A DNA stretch of 43,426 nucleotides from Acutalibacteraceae bacterium (GCA_963640495.1 CAVHYZ010000002.1:1-43426), one strand, 5' to 3'. Counted from the stretch's first letter, positions 9,291 to 17,183 are shown. Translations and numbers: made by a program. The notes: generated by a model from the letters alone, not told the origin.

Positions 9291-11579
9291 TTAAAGTTTA
9301 TTTCTCATGATTTTGCCGCTTACTGTTTTCGGAAGCTCATCCTTGAAAACAACGAGCCTCGGATATTTGTAAGGAGCGGTATGCTCTTTAACATAATTTT
9401 GAATTTCTTTTTTAAGCTCTTCCGTGCCTTCCGTGCCTTTAACAAGCACTATACTTGCTTTAACAATTTGACCTCTTACCGGATCCGGAGCGGCTGATAC
9501 GCCGCACTCAAGCACATATGGAAGCTCCATGATAACACTTTCAATCTCGAATGGCCCTATGCGGTAACCGGAGGACTTGATAACATCATCAACACGGCCA
9601 ACATACCAGAAGAAGCCGTCTTCATCCTTCCAAGCTGTATCGCCGGTATGATACCAGCCGTTGCGCCAGGTTTCTGCGGTTTTTTCTTCCGAGCCGTAAT
9701 AGCAAACTGCAATACCATGAGGAATGCCATTACTTATATCAACACAAATTTCTCCGTTTTCTCCGGGAGGAACAGGTTTATCATCTGCATCAAGAAGTTG
9801 GATATTAAGGTGGGGAGCAGGTTTGCCCATCGAGCCAACTTTATGCTCTGCGCCTCTGAAGTTTGCAAGTAAAACAGGGCTTTCCGTTTGGCCGAAGCCT
9901 TCAAGAATCTGCAAGCCCGTAAGTTTTTCAAATTGGCGATAAACCTCAGGGTTCAGTGCTTCGCCGGCGGTGGTCATATGCTGGATTGAGGAAAGGTCGT
10001 AATGGCTTATATCCTCTTTTATTAACATTCTGAGCATCGTGGGAGGTGCGCAGAAAGTGGTGATATTGTATTTTGCAAACATAGGCAAAACATCTTCGGC
10101 ATGGAAACGGTCAAAGTCATAAATGAACAGCGATGTTTCGCACATCCATTGGCCGTAAAGCTTACCCCAAGCTGCTTTTGCCCAGCCTGTATCGGATATT
10201 GAGAAGTGAATACCGTCCGGGTCAACATTGTGCCAATACTTTGCAGTATGGAACTGACCGAGAGGATATAAATAGTTGTGAGTTGCGATTTTGGGATAAC
10301 CTGAGGTGCCGGAGGTAAAGTACATAAGCATATAATCTTCACCACAGGGTGCATCTGCAGGTCTGGGATAATGAGAAGAATAAAGAACATACTCATCATT
10401 AAAGGTTCTCCAGCCTTCTCTTTCGCCATTAACAATCATCTTATTGACCATGCCGTCATAATTTTTGAGGGCTTCGTCAACATTTGCACAAACCTCACCA
10501 TCTGCAGTGCAGATAATAGAGGTAACATTTGCTGCTTTGAATCTGTAATCAAAATCATGCACAAGGAGCTGATTTGTTGCAGGGATTGAGATTGCGCCGA
10601 TTTTTTCAAGAGCAAGAGTTGCAAACCAGAACTGATAATGCCTTTTAAGCACAAGCATTACACGATCGCCCTTTTTTATGCCCAAGCTCTTAAAGTAATT
10701 TGCGCAGCGATTTGTGTTTTGCATAACCTCTTTGAATGTGAAGTTTTTATATTCTTTGCTGTTTGAAACATAGTGCATTGCAATTTTGTCGGGGTCTTTC
10801 TTTGCAATTTCATCCATAATATCAAAAGCAAAATTGAAATGCTCATCATTTTTGAATTTAACGGAAATGGGAGTACCGTTTTCGTCTTCTTCAGCATCGA
10901 TAAACTTTTTATAAATGCGTTCTTTAGTATCTTTTGTGCTCTTTTTATGAGGAGCATCAACCTTTTTGGCCACTGTAATTTCCGGAATAGGCTCACCCGA
11001 TGGGTTAAGAACTATCGCATAGAAGCTGCAGTCTTTACCGTTTACGGCAATCATACCGTGTGGTGTGCCGGAATCATAATAAATACTGTCACCGGGGCCT
11101 AAAGTTTCTTTATGCTCACCAACCTGAACCATAAGGTTACCTTCAATAACTATATCAAGTTCTTGGCCGCTGTGGCTTGTAAGCTCAATGCCCTTCTTTT
11201 CGGACTCTTCACTGTATTTGCTTACAACATAAAGGGGCTCGGATATTCTGTTTTTGAAACCGTAAGCCATGTTGTAATAAGTCATACCGTGAGCATCGGA
11301 TATTTTTGGAGCGTCTCCCCTACGGCTCAAATAGTATGAATAAAGTTTCGGGCTTTGGCCCTCAATAATGTTTGTAACATCTACCGAAAAAGCAGATGCG
11401 CACTTATAAAGGAACGCAAAGTTAAGGTCGCTTTCACCGTTTTCACAGGCAAGATATTCTTCTACCGTGGAGCCCGTTTTTTCTGCCATTTGTTCAGGAG
11501 TAAAGCCCTCAATTTCACGAAGCTCTCTAATACGAGCCGCCATTTCTTTGATCTTGGTATCAAGACCGGATATTTCCAT
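9291..11579 (-). CDS. XRE-HTH/cupin fused to a medium/branched-chain acyl-CoA synthetase (paralog B)
   Basis: N-terminal HTH (RIRELRE...YLACENG), cupin (H.GQE, GDSIYYDSGTPHG), then AMP-binding YFTSGTSGYPK, GFGQTE, YHTGD, GRVDD and LPKTVSGK. Start MEISG at 11579 after GAGGTG. Confidence 0.92.
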   Translation of the reverse strand: MEISGLDTKIKEMAARIRELREIEGFTPEQMAEKTGSTVEEYLACENGESDLNFAFLYKCASAFSVDVTNIIEGQSPKLYSYYLSRRGDAPKISDAHGMTYYNMAYGFKNRISEPLYVVSKYSEESEKKGIELTSHSGQELDIVIEGNLMVQVGEHKETLGPGDSIYYDSGTPHGMIAVNGKDCSFYAIVLNPSGEPIPEITVAKKVDAPHKKSTKDTKERIYKKFIDAEEDENGTPISVKFKNDEHFNFAFDIMDEIAKKDPDKIAMHYVSNSKEYKNFTFKEVMQNTNRCANYFKSLGIKKGDRVMLVLKRHYQFWFATLALEKIGAISIPATNQLLVHDFDYRFKAANVTSIICTADGEVCANVDEALKNYDGMVNKMIVNGEREGWRTFNDEYVLYSSHYPRPADAPCGEDYMLMYFTSGTSGYPKIATHNYLYPLGQFHTAKYWHNVDPDGIHFSISDTGWAKAAWGKLYGQWMCETSLFIYDFDRFHAEDVLPMFAKYNITTFCAPPTMLRMLIKEDISHYDLSSIQHMTTAGEALNPEVYRQFEKLTGLQILEGFGQTESPVLLANFRGAEHKVGSMGKPAPHLNIQLLDADDKPVPPGENGEICVDISNGIPHGIAVCYYGSEEKTAETWRNGWYHTGDTAWKDEDGFFWYVGRVDDVIKSSGYRIGPFEIESVIMELPYVLECGVSAAPDPVRGQIVKASIVLVKGTEGTEELKKEIQNYVKEHTAPYKYPRLVVFKDELPKTVSGKIMRNKL

Positions 11580-11604
11580 CAAAAACACCTCTTTTGATTG
11601 GGAC

Positions 11605-11870
11605 AACAAAAAACTCGTCCCAAAGCTGATATACTTTGAGACGAGCATGATATTTCATTACCCGCGGTACCACTCAAATTGTGCAATTCGCACCACTCAG
11701 GCTCTGACAAGCCGTATGCATTCACGCAGCAATCACGGAGAGGTTCTACTCACTTTCGTTTTCTTCCTCCCGGCTCAGAAGCTACAATCTTATGCTGCGG
11801 GCTGACAGCTTACACCAAACCGCTGCCTCTCTGCATAGTCGCTCACACAAGCTCTCTTCGTCAAAGCCTT
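11605..11870 (-). ncRNA. T-box riboswitch (transcriptional), probable Val specifier GUA
   Basis: Minus strand: GA motif GCTTTGACGAAG...CTTCTGAGC, AGAGAG bulge, GGTG loop, stem II AGTA/GAA, T-box AATTTGAGTGGTACCGCG (11663-11680), terminator CTCGTCTCAAAG/CTTTGGGACGAG plus U-tract (11608-11645). GUA (11783-11785) lies one nt before the closing CTTC. Confidence 0.92.
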
Positions 11871-11881
11871 TAATTGTTCAT

Positions 11882-11910
11882 ATAATAAACCAACTTTGTT
11901 TTTTTGTCAA
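11882..11910 (-). promoter_or_regulatory. Sigma-A promoter for the paralog B T-box unit
   Basis: TTGACA-N17-TATTAT directly upstream of stem I. Confidence 0.8.
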
Positions 11911-11971
11911 TATTTAATTTTATACAAAACTACCATAATCAGGTGCCGAGTTTATTGCAAAACTCCCAAAA

Positions 11972-14245
11972 TTAAAGCTTATTTCTCTGGATTTTGCCGC
12001 TGATGGTCTTGGGAAGTTCGTCACGGAACACAACAAGCCTCGGGTACTTGTAAGGAGCGGTATGCTCTTTAACATAGTTTTGAATTTCTTTTTTAAGCTC
12101 TTCGGTACCCTCTGTGCCTTTGGTAAGCACGATGCTTGCCTTAACTATTTGGCCTCTGACTTCATCCGGAGCAGCGGAAACACCGCATTCAAGAACATAA
12201 GGAAGCTCCATGATAACGCTTTCAATCTCAAAGGGCCCTATACGGTAACCGGAGGACTTAATAACATCATCAACACGGCCGACATACCAATAGTAGCCGT
12301 CCTCATCACGCCATGCTGTATCGCCGGTGTGGTAAACGTTGAATCTTCTGCATTCCTCGTTCTTTTCATCTTCATCTATATACTGCTTGAAGAGGCCTAC
12401 CGGGTCGCCGTCCTTAAGTCTGATAACAATTTCTCCTGTTTCACCGTCTGCAACGGGATTACCGTCCGGATCAATAATATCAACATCATACTGAGGTGAT
12501 GCAAGACCCATGGAGCCCAGGCGAGGTGTAGTGCCCACAAGGTTACCGATAACAAGAGTGGTTTCGGTTTGGCCGAAGCCTTCCATAATTTCAAGGCCGG
12601 TTGCCTTCTTAAACTGGATTGCAACCTCCGGGTTAAGAGCTTCGCCGGCAGTGGTCATATGCCTTACGGACGAGAAATCATATTTTGTGATATCTTCTTT
12701 TATAAGCATTCTGAGCATTGTGGGAGGAGCACAGAAAGTTGTAATATGATACTGTGCGAAAAGAGGAAGAATATCTGCGGAATGGAATCTGTCGAAATCA
12801 TAAACGAATACTGCACCCTCGCACATCCACTGGCCGTAGAGTTTGCCCCAAAGAGCTTTACCCCATCCTGTATCGGAAATTGTAAAGTGAAGGCCGTCTT
12901 TTTCGCAGCAATGCCAATATTTAGCCGTTACGAAATGACCGAGAGCGTAGGTGTGCTTATGCTCAACCATCTTGGGGTTGCCGGTTGTGCCGGACGAGAA
13001 GAAGATAAGTGCCGTTTCATCTCCGCCGGGAGTGTCCTCTGTTCTGGGGAAGTGAGAGGAGAAGCGGGGATATTCTTCATCAAAATCATGCCAGCCCTCT
13101 CTCTTGCCACCGACAAGAATTTTATTAACAACAGATGGACATTTTTCGGCTGCCCTTTCTGCTATTTCACAGGTATCGCCAAAAGAGGTGCAAACTATTG
13201 TGTTTACATTTGCGACATTATATCTGTATTCAAAATCATGATCTTTAAGCAGATATGTTGCAGGGATTGCAACTGCGCCCATTTTGTGAAGGGCTACCAT
13301 TGCAAGCCAGAATTGATAGTGACGTCTGAGCACAAGCATAACTCTGTCGCCCTTCTTAATGCCGAGGGACGCAAAGTAGTTTGCAACTCTGTCGCTTTCC
13401 TGCATAATTTGCCTGAATGTATATCTTCTTTCAACCTTATTCACATCAAGGTGAATCATTGCAAGCTTATCGGGATATTTTCTTGCGATGGCGTCAACAA
13501 CATCATAACCGAAGTTGAATTTTTCGGTGTTTTCGAAGTGTATGCTCTTAAGACAACCGTTTTCATCTTCAACACATTTTGCGTATTTGTCAACGATAAG
13601 GTCTTTTGAGTCTTTTGCTGCTTCAATTATTTTACGGGTTTCTGTCGATTCTTTCTTTTCACCGGGAAGAATCATAGCTATAAATGTGCAATCTTTGCCG
13701 TCAACGGCTATCATGCCATGAGGTGTTGAGGAATTATAAAAAATACTGTCTCCCTCGTGAAGCAACTCCTGTTTTGTGCCTACCTGAACAAGAAGAGTGC
13801 CGGAAACAACAAAGTCAAATTCCTGACCGTCATGCTTTGTAAGGTGAATGGGCTGATTTTGGAGCTTTTCGTCATACTCATATGTTACATAGTAAGGCTC
13901 GCCGATTCTGTCTTTGAATTTAGGAGCCATATTTTGAATTGTGATGCCCTCTTCTTTTGCTGTAACTTCGCCCTTACCCTTTCTTGTAACAGTATAAGAT
14001 GAAAGGCGGGCAGTGCTACCCTCAAGGAGCTCGGTGATGGTGATGCCGAAAACTATTGAGCACTTATGAAGGAAAGTAAAGGGGAGGTCTGAATCCCCCT
14101 TTTCGTACTTAACATAATCCTCGGTGGTAACTTCTGTTTTCTCGGCCATCTCTTCCTGTGAGTAACCGAGAATATCTCTCATTTCCTTAACTCTTGCAGC
14201 TATCTCCGACAATCTGCTTGCTTCGTTAATTACTTTTGCGTCCAT
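11972..14245 (-). CDS. XRE-HTH/cupin fused to a medium/branched-chain acyl-CoA synthetase (paralog A)
   Basis: Same architecture as 9291-11579: FFSSGTTGNPK, GFGQTE, YHTGD, LPKTISGK. Start MDAKV at 14245 after AAGGAGG. Confidence 0.92.
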   Translation of the reverse strand: MDAKVINEASRLSEIAARVKEMRDILGYSQEEMAEKTEVTTEDYVKYEKGDSDLPFTFLHKCSIVFGITITELLEGSTARLSSYTVTRKGKGEVTAKEEGITIQNMAPKFKDRIGEPYYVTYEYDEKLQNQPIHLTKHDGQEFDFVVSGTLLVQVGTKQELLHEGDSIFYNSSTPHGMIAVDGKDCTFIAMILPGEKKESTETRKIIEAAKDSKDLIVDKYAKCVEDENGCLKSIHFENTEKFNFGYDVVDAIARKYPDKLAMIHLDVNKVERRYTFRQIMQESDRVANYFASLGIKKGDRVMLVLRRHYQFWLAMVALHKMGAVAIPATYLLKDHDFEYRYNVANVNTIVCTSFGDTCEIAERAAEKCPSVVNKILVGGKREGWHDFDEEYPRFSSHFPRTEDTPGGDETALIFFSSGTTGNPKMVEHKHTYALGHFVTAKYWHCCEKDGLHFTISDTGWGKALWGKLYGQWMCEGAVFVYDFDRFHSADILPLFAQYHITTFCAPPTMLRMLIKEDITKYDFSSVRHMTTAGEALNPEVAIQFKKATGLEIMEGFGQTETTLVIGNLVGTTPRLGSMGLASPQYDVDIIDPDGNPVADGETGEIVIRLKDGDPVGLFKQYIDEDEKNEECRRFNVYHTGDTAWRDEDGYYWYVGRVDDVIKSSGYRIGPFEIESVIMELPYVLECGVSAAPDEVRGQIVKASIVLTKGTEGTEELKKEIQNYVKEHTAPYKYPRLVVFRDELPKTISGKIQRNKL

Positions 14246-14281
14246 TTGATTTTCCTCCTTTTTGTTAATTGCTTCAGACAA

Positions 14282-14552
14282 AACAAAAAGCCCGTCTCAA
14301 GCATTTTACTTGAGACGAGCCGGAATTTATATTTCCGATACCCGCGGTACCACTCAATTTGCACATTTCTGTGCCACTCTTCAGGTTCTATCAAACCCTA
14401 TGCACTAACGTAGCAGTCACGGAGGGTATCTACTTGCCTTTTGCTTTCGGGCCCTCGGCTCAGAAGGGATAAGAATAAAACATACACTGCCGGGATCACA
14501 GCCCCCCCGACTCTCTGAAAGCTACCTGTTTTTTCCGTCTTCGTCATAGCTT
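14282..14552 (-). ncRNA. T-box riboswitch (transcriptional), probable Ile specifier AUC
   Basis: Minus strand: GCTATGACGAAG...CTTCTGAGC, AGAGAG bulge, GCTGTGA loop, T-box AAATTGAGTGGTACCGCG (14343-14360), terminator GCTCGTCTCAAG/CTTGAGACGGGC plus TTTTT. AUC (14468-14470) is in the same register as GUA of the other leader. Confidence 0.92.
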
Positions 14553-14572
14553 TTACTTATTAAGTTGCGAGT

Positions 14573-14601
14573 ATATTACCACAAACGAATATTATTGTCA
14601 A
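14573..14601 (-). promoter_or_regulatory. Sigma-A promoter for the paralog A T-box unit
   Basis: TTGACA-N17-TAATAT. Confidence 0.75.
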
Positions 14602-14673
14602 TAGCAAATTTCAGAAAATTTAATTTCAAAAAGTGTACATTTTCAATCACAACTTCATTACCGATATTTTATT

Positions 14674-15177
14674 TTAATTCGGCAAAAAAGTCAAAACACC
14701 GGCTACAATTAAAGCAACTATAACATACATAACAAATCCCCTTACAAATGAGCCGATATGCATTGACGGATTTTGATATAATTCTTTATTGGGAAGAAAA
14801 GAAAAGCGGATTCTTTTTGTGTTTCTCCACCACAAAAGGTCAATTATTACCAAATCAAAAAGGTTTAAGGCTTCACCCATTATTAAGAAATAAACAAATA
14901 CATCCAAAAAGCCATTAAACCCTATTGTGTATTTTAATATAACACCAATAATCAAAAACATAACAGTAAAAAGAATAAGATTCTCTGTAAAAACTTTGGG
15001 AATATTAGCCTCGGCAGGTGCTTTTTCGCCTATGGTTTTATCTTTTCTTACTATATCTTGCACTTCCTTTGGATAGGAACGAAGGCCTCGCAGATTTTTT
15101 TCATCCCCACCCGTATTGATATAGCACATAAGCCACCAAAACAGACATAAACCTATAACTAAACAAGCTTTTACCAT
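14674..15177 (-). CDS. Four-TM membrane protein of unknown function
   Basis: Hydrophobic segments and the motif NLFDLVIIDLLWW, similar to the split gene at 36732-37234. Start ATG 15177 lies 8 nt after GGAGA. Confidence 0.75.
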   Translation of the reverse strand: MVKACLVIGLCLFWWLMCYINTGGDEKNLRGLRSYPKEVQDIVRKDKTIGEKAPAEANIPKVFTENLILFTVMFLIIGVILKYTIGFNGFLDVFVYFLIMGEALNLFDLVIIDLLWWRNTKRIRFSFLPNKELYQNPSMHIGSFVRGFVMYVIVALIVAGVLTFLPN

Positions 15178-15205
15178 AATCATTATCTCCAATCATAATC
15201 ATTCA

Positions 15206-15221
15206 GTTAGTTTGTGCTAAC
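15206..15221. promoter_or_regulatory. Palindromic operator candidate GTTAG-N6-CTAAC
   Basis: GTTAGTTTGTGCTAAC; a near-identical copy lies at 36678-36693 upstream of the homologous gene. Confidence 0.5.
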
Positions 15222-15340
15222 CGCCGTTATTTTATCACCATTTATTTCAAATTACAATGGATTTTATTGATAATTTTTGAATGGTAAAACATTTTATTCG
15301 TCTCAACTTTCTTTACCAATGTGGTTTTTAAAAAAATATA

Positions 15341-15366
15341 TGGTATAATGGTTTAAACACTTAAAC
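15341..15366 (+). promoter_or_regulatory. Extended -10 promoter plus putative ArsR operator
   Basis: TGgTATAAT (15341-15349) followed by the palindrome GTTTAA-acac-TTAAAC (15351-15366). Confidence 0.55.
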
Positions 15367-15379
15367 GAAAGTGCGAAAA

Positions 15380-15484
15380 ATGCCACAAGCAGTATTGATA
15401 ACAGATGCTTCCGGAGGCTTTAGAAAAACTTTTGCCGTGCGTGTTGCGCCCAAAACATTGGTTTCAGTAGCTATTAAGAAATGA
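15380..15484 (+). pseudogene. Remnant of a short-chain dehydrogenase/reductase gene
   Basis: 34-codon ORF MPQAVLITDASGGFRKTFAVRVAPKTLVSVAIKK, resembling the SDR N-terminal ITGASxGxG...FA motif. Confidence 0.5.
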
Positions 15485-15518
15485 CAAGGCAGCCTAACAG
15501 AAAAAGGAAACAAATAAT

Positions 15519-15881
15519 ATGAAGAATTTATTTACAAAAGAAATTGAAAAACTTTCTGCCGATTTTTCGGATTGTGCCAAGGTACTCACTGCAATCGGAG
15601 ATGAAACAAGGCAGCACATTATTTTGGAAATGTTAAAAATGGAAAAGTGTACCGGAGTGCGTGTAGGAGAAATAACCGAAAGGACAAATCTTTCAAGACC
15701 TGCCGTTTCTCATCATTTACAAATAATGAAAGATGCCGGCATAATTAAATGCCGACAGGAAGGTACAAAGAATTATTATTATTTTGACCCGGATATGAGA
15801 ATGCTAAAACAAGTAGATGAAGCATTAAAGCAGATTATTATGATAACAAAGTTGCTACCGGACAGGAGTGGTGAAAAATGA
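15519..15881 (+). CDS. ArsR/SmtB family transcriptional regulator
   Basis: AIGDETRQHII, LSRPAVSHHLQIMKDAG, RQEGTKNYY. Confidence 0.92.
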   Translation: MKNLFTKEIEKLSADFSDCAKVLTAIGDETRQHIILEMLKMEKCTGVRVGEITERTNLSRPAVSHHLQIMKDAGIIKCRQEGTKNYYYFDPDMRMLKQVDEALKQIIMITKLLPDRSGEK

Positions 15882-16057
15882 GCAAAATTCTGATATTTAT
15901 TTTTTACACAGACAGAGTGAAGGTTGACAGAGCAACCCTCTTCGTGTGAAAAATCTCTTGATTATCTCATTGATTGTAAGAATGATCCGAAATGTAAAGG
16001 CGTATTTGTTAATCATGACTTAACCGTTAAAGAACAAACAGTAGAGGTGAACATATA

Positions 16058-16711
16058 ATGAATATTTTTGACATAATGAAAGAAAGACACAGCGTTAGGC
16101 AATATACGGATAAAGCAATTGAGCCTGAGAAGCGTGCAATTCTAAATGAACTTATAGAGGAAATCAACAAAAGCACAGGGCTACACATTCAGGTGTTTTT
16201 TGATGAGCCTAAATGCTTTAATTCCATGGTAGCACATTACGGAAGCTTTACCGGCGTAAATAATTATATTGCCATTGTAGGCAAAAAATCACAAAATTCA
16301 GATGAATCTCTCGGCTATTACGGAGAAAAGATCGTGCTTAAAGCTCAAGAGCTTGGCTTAAATACCTGCTGGGTAGCATTAAATCACGGCAAAAGCAAGG
16401 CTATAATCAATAAAGGTGAAAAACAAGTTTGCATAATTGCTTTGGGTTACGGCAAAACAAAGGGCGTGCCCCACAAATCAAAAAGCATAACAGATGTTTC
16501 AAACTATAAAGAAACTATGCCGGAATGGTTTAAAAATGGCGTAAGTGCAGCTTTGCTTGCCCCCACCGCAATAAATCAGCAAAAATTTCACTTTGAATTA
16601 AAAACTGACGGCTCTGTAAAGGCCTCACACGGCAAAGGGTTTTACACCAAACTTGATCTCGGCATAGTGAAATATCATTTTGAAGTTGTTTCGGGAGTTA
16701 AACCTAATTAA
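16058..16711 (+). CDS. Nitroreductase family protein
   Basis: RHSVRQY, GLNTCW, IALGY, APTAINQQ, DLGIVKYHFE; GAGGTG RBS. Confidence 0.9.
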   Translation: MNIFDIMKERHSVRQYTDKAIEPEKRAILNELIEEINKSTGLHIQVFFDEPKCFNSMVAHYGSFTGVNNYIAIVGKKSQNSDESLGYYGEKIVLKAQELGLNTCWVALNHGKSKAIINKGEKQVCIIALGYGKTKGVPHKSKSITDVSNYKETMPEWFKNGVSAALLAPTAINQQKFHFELKTDGSVKASHGKGFYTKLDLGIVKYHFEVVSGVKPN

Positions 16712-17175
16712 ATTTAATCTTCCCTGTTTCCTTATATGAATTGAAAACCTTTATGAAATTATCAATTTTACCTATAAGGCCTATGGAAAAATATGTAAGC
16801 GGCTCCTGCGCCCCATTTTTAACGGCAATAAACCTGCCCGTTGACACATATCGCTCTGTTTCAAGAGAATCAATATCTTCAGTAGGTATGGCTTTGATAT
16901 TATTTACCGTATATTCAGGCTCAATTCTTCGGTGTTTGTATTTTTTGGCTTTACAAGTTCCTCCTCGCCCTCGGCAATATAAAGGCCCTCTTTATCAAAA
17001 AAACTCAAGTGCTGCAATAGCACTCCGTATTGTCCATATTCGCCGTGGCTATGTAAAGCAAGGCATCTGTATTAAGGCCGGCCTTGTTAAGCTCTGCCAA
17101 AAGATTCGGATGAAATCTCTCACTTTCGTTCATCGGCCTGTGGGGTAGTTTACTCATCGGTGGCTTTATGCTCAT
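16712..17175 (-). pseudogene. Disrupted, truncated gene, possibly the N-terminal extension of a large ABC transporter
   Basis: ATG 17175 directly follows the U32 gene. 56 codons run to an in-frame TGA (17005-17007), then a frameshift in A7 (16997-17003) gives FDKEGLYIAEGEEELVKP, and a second shift gives ...IDSLETERYVSTGRFIAVKNG...YFSIGLIGKIDNFIKVF. The family guess is from memory. Confidence 0.55.
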
Positions 17176-17183
17176 TAGCTAGC

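Noticed and set aside
11580..11873. Upstream extension of synthetase B and short ORFs over 11467-11873
   Set aside because: The region is a T-box leader; the RBS supports ATG 11579.
9291..12330. Recent gene conversion between the 3' ends of the two synthetases
   Set aside because: Protein identity is very high but many synonymous differences are visible, which fits purifying selection better.
12569..13609. 346-aa plus-strand ORF, and similar long ORFs at 6036-6671, 29124-29717 and 41942-42670
   Set aside because: They lie antisense to well-supported genes and have no recognisable motifs or RBS; they are shadow ORFs.
16741..17148. 135-aa plus-strand ORF
   Set aside because: No motif or RBS; the opposite strand carries a more protein-like disrupted frame.
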